64,000 nt of DNA from contig CBDDPY010000002.1 of assembly GCA_965232515.1 (NCBI GenBank), forward strand, positions 6,656,001 through 6,720,000, given 5' to 3'. The stretch is from Alphaproteobacteria bacterium (GTDB lineage Bacteria; Pseudomonadota; Alphaproteobacteria; GCA-2731375). How positions within the stretch are numbered: position 1 is the first letter of the stretch; the number at the start of each line of letters is the position of its first letter. The notes below the pieces were generated by a model that did no database searches, was not told the origin of the DNA, and worked only from the letters and a program-made list of their open reading frames with translations. Position numbers and translations under genes: made by a program. Positions 37,666 to 47,702 of this stretch are shown here, piece after piece.

Positions 37666-40310
37666 TCTGACAGATCGATACAGCGCGGCGCTTCGCCGGC
37701 CAGATAACTCTTCCACATCGCCTGGATGCTGGCTTCGAGATTCTGCCGGTGACGCTCGGTATCGAATAGCGCGCAGCCGTCGCGCTTCGCCACCAGCCGG
37801 GCCTTCAGGTCGGCGAGCCGCTGTGGCTCGTGCGCCAGCGCGACCGCTGTCTCCACATAGGCCGACAGATCGTCGACGATGAGCTCCGGCATGCCGGCGG
37901 CGCTGACCAGCGTCGCGCCGAGACGGGCCGGCGGCGTGTTGCCGAACATGGTCAGGACCGGCAGACCCGTCCACAAGGCATCGACAGTCGTAATGCCGCC
38001 GCCATGATGAAAGTTATCGAGCGCCAGATCGGCCTGTGCCAGCCGGGCGCAATGCCATTCATGCGGCACGATGTTGGCGAACCGCAGTCGCTCCGGATCG
38101 ACTGCGTGATCTAGCGCCTCGCGCCAGAGGTTGCGCTTGGTCGCGGTGGTCCAGTCGCCGAACCACATGACGCTGTTGGGTACCCGCTTCAGGATGTCCA
38201 TCCAAGCCTTGAAGATGATCGGCTCGAACTTGCACGGATGGTTGAAGTTGGCGAAGACAAAAGCCCGGTCCGGCAGGCCAAGCTCGGCTCGCGTCGGCTG
38301 CCAGTCGGCGATCGGCTGACGCACGGTCGCCATGAACGTGTCCGGCATGTAGACCAGCTTCTCGCTGCAGAGATGTTGCCATTCCGGTGGAATGTAGATC
38401 CGGTCGGTGATCAGGTAGTCGATATAGTCGGCGCCCGTGGTGATCGAATAGCCAAGATAGTGGGCCTGCACCGGCGCCGGCCTGAGCGCCATGATCGGCA
38501 TGCAGTTGAGGGCGGTCAGACCGGCCACGTCGATCAGCACGTCGACCTTGTCGTCGTGAATGATCGCGGCACCGGTATGGGGGTGTCGAAACGGCAAGTC
38601 GGTGAAGTGGTCGAATGTCTTTCGATAGCTGACGCTGAACTCGCCGCCGTTGCAGGGCTGAGTGCAATAGCCCAGCACCTCGAAGCGGTCGCGGTCGTGA
38701 CCGGCGACGATGTCCTTCAGCACCAGCGGCAGGCTGTGAAAATGCGTGTAAGGCAGCAGGTACCCAAGCCGAATTCGTTTACCGCGGCCGATCGCCGGCG
38801 CGGCATGCGCATACGGTGCGCCGGGACGCTTTCCCTGAACCTCCTCGGCGACACTGCCGGCGCGATTGACAGCCGCATCGGAGATGAATGAATAACTGAC
38901 GGGCAATGCTTGCAGGTTGAAGACGTCGAACCTGATCGGATCGCCGGATTCGATCTGGTCCGCGATGCGGTCAATCAGCGCCGCCGTCCGATCGTCGTAG
39001 TCCCGCCAGTCGCAGATGCTCAGCGTGAGGTCGAAGAGTCGCGCCTCGGCCCGCTGGTTGTCAGGACATATCTGCAGGATTCGCCGGTAGAGCTCGATCG
39101 CCTCCTCTTCGAGTTTCAGCGACTCCAAGAAGCCGGCGGCAACCGTCAGGTTATGTACGCTGTCGTCGCAAAGCGGCAGTATGGCGCGGAGATGTTGCTG
39201 AGCTTCGGACTTGCGGCCCATGTCGATCAGGCACTTGGTCATGCTCAGGTTCGCGCTCACGAGCTCAGGCTCGAAGGCGATGGCCCGCTTGCATGCGGCC
39301 AACGCCTCGTCGAAGCGTCGTAAGTTCATCAGTGCGACGGCGAGGTTGTTCCAGATGCCCGCGGCTTCCGGCAGGCGGCGGTTCAGCATTTCGAGAATGG
39401 GCAACGCCTCGCGGTGGCGCTCCAGATCGAGCAGCGTCGTGGCGCGTTCGATGGTCGGCCCCAGCGCTGGCGCCAGCTTGCGTTCGGCTTCCTCAAAGCA
39501 GCTCAGCGCCGTGTCCAGATCCGACAGGCAGCGATGGCACAGGCCCAGATTATGAACCGACAAACCATCGTCGGGATTGAGTTCGAGCGCCCGTTGAAAA
39601 GCATCGACGGCGCTCTCCAGGTTCCGCCGCTGCAGCTCGATCACACCGTAGGTATGCCAGCCGTGAGCATAGTCTGGGTGTTGCGCGACCAGCAGTTCGG
39701 CCGCGTCGGCCGCGTCGTCAAGGCGATCGGCATTGCGAAGCGCTTCCGCCAGACTGGCCCGGATAGCTGGTGCTGGCGATAGCTCGGCGGCCCGCTCCAG
39801 ATACTCGATCGCCAGGTCATGGTCTTCGGTCTCGTAGAAGCTCAGACCGAGGTGCAAATTCGCATCGGCGTCCTTGGGCTCGCGGACCAACACGTCCTGC
39901 AGCGTTTGCCGTCCGGCACCCGTCTGGTCCAGCGCGAGTTGACAGATGCCGAAGTTCCGCATCACCTCCAGCGCGTGCGGATCTGCTTCCAGGATTCGCC
40001 GATAGTGGCCGGCTGCCTCGGCGACGTGGCCGACGACACGAAGACAATCGGCCAACAGGGCGCGCTCTTCGAGTCGGTGCGGCTCGCCGTCGACCAAAGC
40101 AGCCAGGATCTCGATCGCTTCCTGGTGCCGACCGACAGCGCCCAGCACCAAGGCCATGTTGCGTTGGGCCGCCGCATTGTCGGGCTCGACCGCCAGCGCT
40201 TCGCCGTAGAGCTCCAGGGCGCGCTCGAACTCGCCTTTCGCCGCAAGGAGGTCCGCCGAGACGACGATGGCGCCCGCGTCCTGCACGGCTTCTGCCAGAT
40301 GACTGTTCAT
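37647..40310 (-). CDS. TPR plus GT41 (OGT/SPINDLY-like) protein glycosyltransferase
   Basis: About 10 or more N-terminal TPRs; RPAPVQAHYLGYSITTG..IDYLITD, FANFNHPCK and ADLALD..HGGGITTVDALWTGLPV. Confidence 0.88.
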   Translation of the reverse strand: MNSHLAEAVQDAGAIVVSADLLAAKGEFERALELYGEALAVEPDNAAAQRNMALVLGAVGRHQEAIEILAALVDGEPHRLEERALLADCLRVVGHVAEAAGHYRRILEADPHALEVMRNFGICQLALDQTGAGRQTLQDVLVREPKDADANLHLGLSFYETEDHDLAIEYLERAAELSPAPAIRASLAEALRNADRLDDAADAAELLVAQHPDYAHGWHTYGVIELQRRNLESAVDAFQRALELNPDDGLSVHNLGLCHRCLSDLDTALSCFEEAERKLAPALGPTIERATTLLDLERHREALPILEMLNRRLPEAAGIWNNLAVALMNLRRFDEALAACKRAIAFEPELVSANLSMTKCLIDMGRKSEAQQHLRAILPLCDDSVHNLTVAAGFLESLKLEEEAIELYRRILQICPDNQRAEARLFDLTLSICDWRDYDDRTAALIDRIADQIESGDPIRFDVFNLQALPVSYSFISDAAVNRAGSVAEEVQGKRPGAPYAHAAPAIGRGKRIRLGYLLPYTHFHSLPLVLKDIVAGHDRDRFEVLGYCTQPCNGGEFSVSYRKTFDHFTDLPFRHPHTGAAIIHDDKVDVLIDVAGLTALNCMPIMALRPAPVQAHYLGYSITTGADYIDYLITDRIYIPPEWQHLCSEKLVYMPDTFMATVRQPIADWQPTRAELGLPDRAFVFANFNHPCKFEPIIFKAWMDILKRVPNSVMWFGDWTTATKRNLWREALDHAVDPERLRFANIVPHEWHCARLAQADLALDNFHHGGGITTVDALWTGLPVLTMFGNTPPARLGATLVSAAGMPELIVDDLSAYVETAVALAHEPQRLADLKARLVAKRDGCALFDTERHRQNLEASIQAMWKSYLAGEAPRCIDLSDQPSDR

Positions 40311-40462
40311 GCGCTGTCAGCAATCAACTTCATGCGGTCGTCCCGATTATCCAGGACGGACAATTATCCACCACCGGCGCAGCGGAATTCGGCGTAGGCC
40401 ACCTAGCTGTCAAATCAGCGGCACCGCCAGCGTCGGAATTCCCAAATGGTGGATCAATTAGG

Positions 40463-40521
40463 GTTGATGCTCGGTTAATGCCGGGAGAATTGTGTTTCTG
40501 GCTGCCTTAACAATTCCTTAG
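40463..40521. promoter_or_regulatory. Two CtrA-like boxes in a divergent promoter
   Basis: GTTGA-TGCTCGG-TTAA (40463-40478) and TTAA-CAATTCC-TTAG (40507-40521). Confidence 0.6.
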
Positions 40522-40621
40522 GCATACCGCGAAAAACTCTCGGCATGGCGGCAGCGCGATTGATGCGCATTTTCGGCCGCGAGGATCGGCTTTGTTCGGC
40601 CAGGTATCGAAGGTCAGGGGA

Positions 40622-41806
40622 ATGTTGGACATCGGCCTTTATCGGATGAGCGAGAGCCTTGCAAAACAGGCAATCCGCACCTGGCGGTACGCCCAGGTTC
40701 ACCGGCTGGATGTCTTCGAAAAGGCCGGCTTTCCGGTTCGGATCAGCAACATCGGGGAACTCGATCAGATCGTCGGCTCGATGCACAACAATGACCGGTT
40801 CATCGAACTCCAGGCGGAAATCGCCGGGTTTGACGGCGCCGACCTCGATTTGTTCACCGCCGCACTTGCGGATTTCTACGAGTTTCATGCGACGGCATTT
40901 CGCCGGCCCGAGATCACCATGCCGCTGGCGGAGATGATCGCTCATCTGGCGATCTACAAGATGATCTCCGCCTATCGGTCCGACTTCCGCAGCGTGCTCG
41001 AAATCGGCCCCGGCAATGGACTTTTGGCCTTCTTCCTGCGCCGTCATACGGCGCTGGAGAACTACACCCAGATCGAAGCCTGCGAGTCGTTCTACATGCT
41101 GCAGAGCCTGATCTGCGCGCACCTGTTCGGTTCGGCCTTCGACGAGTGGGCCCGGCCGCGAGGCATGGACGCGGCCGCCAACTGCTACGTCGGCGATGGT
41201 CAGGTCGCGGTGCAGCAGTTCACGCGCAAACCCGAACTGAACCCGACCCTTCCGCTGGACGTCGACACGTTGTGCCATCACGTGCCGTGGTGGCGGATCG
41301 GCGAGGTCGCCGAGCGCGGCTGGACATTTGACGTCGTCACCTCCAACGCCAACCTGCTCGAGTTTACGCCCGAGGCGCTGAACGACTATGTGTCGCTGAT
41401 GCATCAGGCCCTGGCCGACGACGGCATTCTGTACGTCCAGTGTTTCGGCGGACGCGTCAACGGCCAGGTCGCCGACGCGGTTGCCAAGCTTTATGCCGCC
41501 GGCTTCCGTTCGCTGCTTCTGGTCCCGGACGGCGGCACGCTGTCGGGGCACGAGAGCGGTCTCGAAAAGCGCCTGGCGCTCGGCAACGGCGTCTTCGTCA
41601 AGGAAGGTCATAGCGAATTCGATAAAGCGCCGTCGGCACCGCCCGCCGAGCACGTGAGCGATTGCGACACCGTCCGCCGAATGTGCTTCAGCACGCCCTT
41701 GGAAGGGCGCCGTCAGGTTAGCGAGGCCGACGTCCTGCAAGTCGTCACAGCCGAGAACCGACGTCGTCGCACCACGTCGCCGCGAGCAACCCGTGCGGCC
41801 GCGTAG
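40622..41806 (+). CDS. Putative SAM-dependent (sugar) methyltransferase
   Basis: VLEIGPGNG and FDVVTSNANLLEF. Confidence 0.65.
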   Translation: MLDIGLYRMSESLAKQAIRTWRYAQVHRLDVFEKAGFPVRISNIGELDQIVGSMHNNDRFIELQAEIAGFDGADLDLFTAALADFYEFHATAFRRPEITMPLAEMIAHLAIYKMISAYRSDFRSVLEIGPGNGLLAFFLRRHTALENYTQIEACESFYMLQSLICAHLFGSAFDEWARPRGMDAAANCYVGDGQVAVQQFTRKPELNPTLPLDVDTLCHHVPWWRIGEVAERGWTFDVVTSNANLLEFTPEALNDYVSLMHQALADDGILYVQCFGGRVNGQVADAVAKLYAAGFRSLLLVPDGGTLSGHESGLEKRLALGNGVFVKEGHSEFDKAPSAPPAEHVSDCDTVRRMCFSTPLEGRRQVSEADVLQVVTAENRRRRTTSPRATRAAA

Positions 41807-41857
41807 CGACATGCATTCCGTCAAGAACCCGCGCTGAAACGAAAGCACGGCTTCATC

Positions 41858-43540
41858 ATGCGTAACGACGTTCTCTATGCTTGTTTTGACCTCGACGTGG
41901 CCCCGCCGGGCTACAATTTTCTCAATTTCCTCGTGCTCGCCGATATCGCACGCGAAGAGCTGGGGCTGGCGACGGTGCACGTCGTCTTCGTGCCCGGCGA
42001 GGCCGACGGCTTTCGGCGGGAGGACATCGAGTATCCGCTAGTCAACAAGGAATGGCGGCTGCGGCAGATCTGCACACCCGCACTTTGCCTGCTGCCGACG
42101 TGTACGGGCCATACCGTCTGCGCCAGTCGGGACGAAGCGGTCACGCTTCTTGACGGCCGCGCGCAGCACGTTTTTCCCTTCGGCTACCAGGTCGATTTGC
42201 CTGTGCCCGATCACGACTATATTCGGATCGTTCAATCGGCAGCGGCCGGACAGCGGATCGATCGTCTGCAGGCGCCCGGCCAAGCGCGCCTCTATGTCAA
42301 GAACTGGCTGAACGCGGTTGCCGGTGACCGCCGCGTTGTCACGATCACGCTGCGCGAGAGCACCTACGACGTTCATCGAAGCAGCACGAATGAAAACTGG
42401 ATTGCGTTGGCGAAGGAAATCGAGGCGCGTGGCTTCTGTCCGGTCTTGGTCAGGGATACCGAGCGCCTATTCGAAACTCAGCCGGCAGAATTCGATGGCG
42501 TTCCCGTCTTTCCGCATGCCGCCGTCAATCTGGAGCTTCGCGCCGCACTGTATGCCGAAGCGTATTTGAATACCGGGATCAACCAGGGACCGTGGACGCT
42601 TTGGCATTTCCTTGCAGAGGTTCCGTACCTCTGTGTCTACATCATCGATCGCATGCTGGAAGGTTGGCACGTCTATCACATCGACGGTTCCGGCTTCACC
42701 GTCGGTGAAGACATGCCGTTCGCCCGAGGCTGCCAGGTGACCTATTGGGGTGATGATCATCTGGAAGACTTGCGCCGTGAGTTCTGGGCTCTGGTCGACC
42801 GGCTCGAGGCCGGAGATCACCGACGATCTGCGCGTACCGGCGGCGAACCCAGCGGGCAAAGCGGTTTCGAATTGGCGGATCGCTATCGCGATAATGGGCA
42901 GTATGCCCACGCGCTGGCGATCTACCGGTCCATGCTGGACCAGGATCCCGACAATCTACAGGTTCAGTTTCGGGCTGCCGTGGTGAGTTTCGAGGCCGGC
43001 GACTTCGAATCCGCCGTCAACTATTTGGTCCAGCCCCTTGCCGCACTGGGGCCCGAGCCGGCGGTCATTGACATCTTGGTGCGAGCGAAGACGAAGCTCG
43101 GGGCAACCGATCAGGCGCTCGCGCTTCTCGAGTTGGGGATCGCCGAGCATCCGGACGATTGTGGGTTGTTGGAGCGTCAGGGCGACGTCTTGATCGATCA
43201 ATCCCGTGCTGCCGATGCCAGGGATTGTTTTCGCCGCGCCCTTCAACTGCAGCCGGATTCGCCTGTCCTGGCCAAGAAGCTGGCTGATGTCTCTCTGCAG
43301 TTGGGCGAAATCAACGACGCGATCCGTCTTTATGCTGGCCTGATCAAAGATCATCCCATCAGCGTCGTCATTATCGAGTGCCTGGCACGCGCCTTGAAAC
43401 TGGCCGGCCGGGATGGTCTGGCCGCCGACTGTTATGAGGTCAGCACCGCCCTTCGCTCCGGTCGTGAGCCGTCTGTCGATCGGCTCGACCAGGTGATCGC
43501 GGACTGCTTGCAGAACGAAAACGACAGCGAGGCGGCATGA
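41858..43540 (+). CDS. Putative glycosyltransferase-like domain with C-terminal TPRs
   Basis: VVTITLRE...RSS..ENW...GFCPVLVRD...RAALYAEAYLNTGINQGP resembles a GT-B C-domain. TPRs start at about residue 340. Confidence 0.55.
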   Translation: MRNDVLYACFDLDVAPPGYNFLNFLVLADIAREELGLATVHVVFVPGEADGFRREDIEYPLVNKEWRLRQICTPALCLLPTCTGHTVCASRDEAVTLLDGRAQHVFPFGYQVDLPVPDHDYIRIVQSAAAGQRIDRLQAPGQARLYVKNWLNAVAGDRRVVTITLRESTYDVHRSSTNENWIALAKEIEARGFCPVLVRDTERLFETQPAEFDGVPVFPHAAVNLELRAALYAEAYLNTGINQGPWTLWHFLAEVPYLCVYIIDRMLEGWHVYHIDGSGFTVGEDMPFARGCQVTYWGDDHLEDLRREFWALVDRLEAGDHRRSARTGGEPSGQSGFELADRYRDNGQYAHALAIYRSMLDQDPDNLQVQFRAAVVSFEAGDFESAVNYLVQPLAALGPEPAVIDILVRAKTKLGATDQALALLELGIAEHPDDCGLLERQGDVLIDQSRAADARDCFRRALQLQPDSPVLAKKLADVSLQLGEINDAIRLYAGLIKDHPISVVIIECLARALKLAGRDGLAADCYEVSTALRSGREPSVDRLDQVIADCLQNENDSEAA

Positions 43541-43598
43541 AGGCGTTTCCTCTCGTGTCGCCAGGGCGTCGACCAATGAAAAATCTGGAGATTGAGTG

Positions 43599-44987
43599 AT
43601 GCGTGTTCTCTTGGTCGTTTACGACAACGACGCCTACATGCACTGGTTCCCGCAGGGTCTTGCCTATATCGGCGCCGTGCTGCGCAATGCCGGCCACGAG
43701 GTCGAGGTCTACAGCCAGGACATGCATCACTGGCCGGACGACCACTTGAAAGACTATCTGGACGAGAACGAGTTCGACGTCGTCTGCGGCAGCTTCATCG
43801 CCGGCTACTACCAGTACCGTCGCCTGAAAGGTCTGTCCCGGGCGATCAACGAGTCCAAGAACCGGCCGTTCTACGTGTTGGGCGGCCATGGACCGACGCC
43901 CGAACCGGAATTCTATATCGGCGTCACCGGCGCCGACGTGATCGTCTGCGGCGAGGGCGAGCAGACCATCGTCGACCTGATCGACCGGCTGCAGAACGGT
44001 TTGCCCTGGGGCGACGTCAAGGGCATCGCCTACATGGACGGCAACAAGTGCGTGGTCACGCCGCGGCATCCGTTGATCGAGGATCTCGACTCGATCCCGT
44101 TCCCGGCCTACGACCTGTTCCCGATGGAGTATTACCGGCTGATGCGCGAGCCGCATATGGATCCGTCGGATTTCATCATGCCGGTGCTGTCGGCGCGCGG
44201 GTGTCCCTTCCGCTGCACCTTCTGTTACCGGATCGATCCCGGCTACCGCGCGCGGCAGCCGGAAGGCATCATCGAAGAGATCGAGATGCTGAAGAAGGAC
44301 TACGGCATCACCTACATCATCTTCTCGGACGAGCTGCTGATGTCGTCGGTGAACCGCACGCTTGAGCTATGCGAAGCCTTCATGAAGGCCGATATCGGCG
44401 TTAAGTGGAACTGCAGCGGACGCCTGAACTGGGCGACGAAGGAGGTGATGAAGGCGATGAAGGACGCGGGCTGCGTCTTCATCAACTACGGCATCGAGAG
44501 CGTCGACAACGAGGTCCTGAAGAAGATGAAGAAGGGCCTGAACTACGACCAGATCATCGAGGGCGTCGAGAACACGCTTGAAGTCGGCATCAGCCCCGGC
44601 CTGAACATTATCTTCGGCAATGTCGGCGACGACCGCGCCACGATGAAGAAGAGCATCGACTTCCTGCTGCGCTACAGCGACGGTTCGCAGATGCGTACGA
44701 TCCGGCCGGTCACGCCCTATCCGGGTTCGCCGCTCTATTACACGGCGATCGAGCGTGGGCTTCTCAAGGACGCGCACGACTTCTACGAGGTCAAGCATAC
44801 AAACTCGGACCTGATCACGGTCAACATGACCGAACTGGAGGACGACGCGTTTTATGGCTTGCTCTCGGAGGCGAACCAGATCCTGATCGATGACTACTTT
44901 GAAAAGAAGCGCGCCAACGCCATGGATGAGATCGTCAGCCTCTATGGCGAGCGCGACGACAGCTTCCGTGGTTTCCGCCACACATGA
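43599..44987 (+). CDS. B12-binding radical SAM protein (class B methyltransferase-like)
   Basis: PQGLAYIGA, VLGGHGPT, VCGEGE, RGCPFRCTFC, YGIES and PYPGSPLY. Confidence 0.92.
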   Translation: MRVLLVVYDNDAYMHWFPQGLAYIGAVLRNAGHEVEVYSQDMHHWPDDHLKDYLDENEFDVVCGSFIAGYYQYRRLKGLSRAINESKNRPFYVLGGHGPTPEPEFYIGVTGADVIVCGEGEQTIVDLIDRLQNGLPWGDVKGIAYMDGNKCVVTPRHPLIEDLDSIPFPAYDLFPMEYYRLMREPHMDPSDFIMPVLSARGCPFRCTFCYRIDPGYRARQPEGIIEEIEMLKKDYGITYIIFSDELLMSSVNRTLELCEAFMKADIGVKWNCSGRLNWATKEVMKAMKDAGCVFINYGIESVDNEVLKKMKKGLNYDQIIEGVENTLEVGISPGLNIIFGNVGDDRATMKKSIDFLLRYSDGSQMRTIRPVTPYPGSPLYYTAIERGLLKDAHDFYEVKHTNSDLITVNMTELEDDAFYGLLSEANQILIDDYFEKKRANAMDEIVSLYGERDDSFRGFRHT

Positions 44988-44989
44988 GC

Positions 44990-45181
44990 TTATGGCGCGT
45001 CGTCAGCGTCGGCTGATCGCCGGCGCGCCAGCTCTTCCTCGGCCAACGCGCGAACGCGCGGGTCACGGTATGCGCCGTCGCGCAGGCGTGTTGTCAGTTC
45101 TTCGTCCGTCAGCGCTGACAGATCGGCCCGGAGCAGGTCGAGACCTTTCGTCCGTTCCCGTGACCATTCGTTGATCGGCAT
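44990..45181 (-). CDS. Small hypothetical protein (63 aa)
   Basis: Fills the gap between two + strand genes; helical-looking sequence LSALTDEELTTRLRDG...LAEEELARR. Confidence 0.45.
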   Translation of the reverse strand: MPINEWSRERTKGLDLLRADLSALTDEELTTRLRDGAYRDPRVRALAEEELARRRSADADDAP

Positions 45182-45237
45182 GGATTCGAACCGATGGACA
45201 TTGCAGATCGGCAAGACGATAGACGATCCGAGTTGAA

Positions 45238-46134
45238 ATGACGATCCAGTCTGAAGCGGAGATCCGTCCAGCGGACAAGGGCCCGACGACCTCCGGCCAC
45301 GAGAGCAGGATCGGCTTCATGCAAGGACGGCTGTCGCCCTTGGTCGATGGCCGGATTCAGGCGTTTCCGGCGCAACATTGGCGCGACGAAATACGGCTCG
45401 CGGGTGACCTGGAATTCCGACGCATGGAGTGGACGCTCGATCACGACGGATTGCACGAGAATCCCCTGCTGACTCCCGGCGGCCGAACCGAGATAGAGAA
45501 GCTGGCGGGCGAACAGGATCTGCTGATCAGATCCGTCACCGGCGATTTCTTCATGCAGGCACCGTTTTTCAAGTTCGACGGGTCCGAGCGGCGCGCACGC
45601 CTTGACGATCTGCAACGCGTGATCGATGCCTGCCTGGCGATGGGAATTACCTGTCTGGTCGTGCCGCTGGTGGACAACGGCAGCCCCGACGGACCGCGCG
45701 AGCGGGACCTGGTTTCGGAAACACTGACGGGGCTCATGGCGCAGCGGCGGGACGAACCGTTCCGGCTGTTGTTTGAAAGCGACCTGCCGCTGGATCAACT
45801 GCGCGCCTTCATGGATCGGTTCCCCGATCGAGGCTTCGGCGTCAATCTGGATATCGGCAACAGCGTTGCACTCGGATTCACGCCAGCTGAAGAGATCGCA
45901 ACGCTGGGTCCGCTCATTCATAACGTCCATGTCAAAGACCGCCTGCTCGGCGGGACCACGGTGCCGCTGGGTCAGGGCGCCGCCGATTTTCCGGCCGTCT
46001 TTGACGCCCTGCGGCGCATGGGTTATGGCGGTCAGCTCATTCTGCAAACCGCCCGGGCGGCTGACGGCGACCATGTCGGCGCCCTGGTCGGATATCGCGA
46101 CCAGGTCCGCACCTGGCTGGCGGATGCGGCCTGA
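45238..46134 (+). CDS. Xylose-isomerase-like TIM-barrel sugar-phosphate isomerase/epimerase
   Basis: IGFMQGRLSP, FESD, NLDIGNS, VHVKDR and VPLGQG. Confidence 0.85.
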   Translation: MTIQSEAEIRPADKGPTTSGHESRIGFMQGRLSPLVDGRIQAFPAQHWRDEIRLAGDLEFRRMEWTLDHDGLHENPLLTPGGRTEIEKLAGEQDLLIRSVTGDFFMQAPFFKFDGSERRARLDDLQRVIDACLAMGITCLVVPLVDNGSPDGPRERDLVSETLTGLMAQRRDEPFRLLFESDLPLDQLRAFMDRFPDRGFGVNLDIGNSVALGFTPAEEIATLGPLIHNVHVKDRLLGGTTVPLGQGAADFPAVFDALRRMGYGGQLILQTARAADGDHVGALVGYRDQVRTWLADAA

Positions 46135-46883
46135 TGGATCTTGAACTGGGGCACAAATCGGCGGTCGTTGTCGGCGCCTCGCGCGGCATCGGCCGCGCCA
46201 TCTGCGTGTCGCTGGCGGCCGAAGGCGCCGATGTGCTGGCGCTGGCGCGCGGGGAAGCCGATCTGGCGCGGCTGGCGAGCGAGCATGGGGTGCGGACGGC
46301 GATTTGTGATGCCATTGAAGCGGCCGATCTCCACCGGGTCGCCGGCGCCATCGCCGAAACCGGACGGCCGATCGATATCTTGGTCTGCAACGTCGGATCG
46401 GGCCGCTCGACGCCGCCCGGCGAGGAAAGCGTCGCCGAGTGGCGGCGGGTGCTGGACATCAATCTGCTGTCGACGGTGGGCGTGATCGAGCGGCTGCAGC
46501 CGCACCTGGCGTTGGATGCCGTTGTCATCTGCACCTCGTCGATCGCCGGTCGGCAGGCCCTGGGCGCGCCGACGGCCTATGCGGCCGCCAAGAGCGCGCT
46601 CGACGCCATGGTCGCCAATCTGGCCCGCCCGTTGGCGAAGACAGGCATCCGCATCGTCGGTGTGGCGCCGGGCAATATCCTGTTTCCAGATTCGGTCTGG
46701 GACCGGAAGCTGAAGGAGGATGCGCGGGGCGTCGGCGACATGCTGGAGCGTGAGGTGCCGCTGGGCCGTCTGGGACGGCCGGAAGAGATCGCCGACGTCG
46801 TCGCGTTCCTAGCCTCGCCGCGAGCGGCATTCATGACCGGCACTACAGTCGTCGTCGACGGCGGCCAGACGCGCGGTCACTGA
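46134..46883 (+). CDS. SDR family oxidoreductase
   Basis: GASRGIG, CNVG, YAAAK, APGNILF and TGTTVVVDGG. Confidence 0.9.
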   Translation: MDLELGHKSAVVVGASRGIGRAICVSLAAEGADVLALARGEADLARLASEHGVRTAICDAIEAADLHRVAGAIAETGRPIDILVCNVGSGRSTPPGEESVAEWRRVLDINLLSTVGVIERLQPHLALDAVVICTSSIAGRQALGAPTAYAAAKSALDAMVANLARPLAKTGIRIVGVAPGNILFPDSVWDRKLKEDARGVGDMLEREVPLGRLGRPEEIADVVAFLASPRAAFMTGTTVVVDGGQTRGH

Positions 46884-46886
46884 GAC

Positions 46887-47702
46887 ATGGGCGATCTCGA
46901 CAACCGAAATGTGCTGATCACGGGCGCCGCCGGCCTGCTGGGCCGCGAGCATGCGGTCGCAATTGGCCGCGCCGGCGGCCGGCCGGTGCTTGTCGATATC
47001 GATGCTGGTCACCTGAAAGAGGCTGTCGGCGACGTAAACGATCGGATCGGCGGCGAGCGTGCGATCGGCCATGTCGCCGACATCACCGATCGCGATGGCC
47101 TGGTCGCGCTGAACGACGAATTGACACGCGACGTCGGCGGCGTCGACGCCGTCGTCAACAACGCGGCGATCAATCCGACGATGAGCGGGCCGCAGGCGAC
47201 GGCGGCGTCGCGGTTCGAGACCTATCCACTGGAGATGTGGAACGCCGAGCTCGCCGTCGGCCTGACCGGCGCCATGCAGGTCGCGCAAATCTTCGGCAAG
47301 GCGATGGCGGATCGCGGACGCGGCGTGATCGTCAACATCGCCTCCGACCTCGGCGTCATCGCGCCGGATCACCGGATCTACGCGTCGAGCCGGCGGATGG
47401 AGGATGTCGAGAGCTTCAAGCCGGCGAGCTACGTCGTCTGCAAGACCGCGATCATCGGCCTGACCCGTTACCTCGCGACCTATTGGGCGCATCGCGGCGT
47501 GCGTTGCAACGCGCTGGCGCCGGGCGGTGTGTTTGCCGATCAGGCCCAGGCCCTGGTCGACGGCATCGTCGATCGCGTGCCGCTCGGTCGTATGGCCAGG
47601 CCCGACGACTATCACGGCGCCATCGTCTTTCTCTGCAGCGACGCCTCGGCCTACATGAATGGCCAGGTCATGGTCATGGATGGCGGGCGTAGCGTCTGGT
47701 AG
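46887..47702 (+). CDS. SDR family oxidoreductase (PtmA-like)
   Basis: TGAAGLLG, NNAA, NIASDLGVIAPDHRIY, YVVCK and GLTRYLATYW. Confidence 0.88.
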   Translation: MGDLDNRNVLITGAAGLLGREHAVAIGRAGGRPVLVDIDAGHLKEAVGDVNDRIGGERAIGHVADITDRDGLVALNDELTRDVGGVDAVVNNAAINPTMSGPQATAASRFETYPLEMWNAELAVGLTGAMQVAQIFGKAMADRGRGVIVNIASDLGVIAPDHRIYASSRRMEDVESFKPASYVVCKTAIIGLTRYLATYWAHRGVRCNALAPGGVFADQAQALVDGIVDRVPLGRMARPDDYHGAIVFLCSDASAYMNGQVMVMDGGRSVW

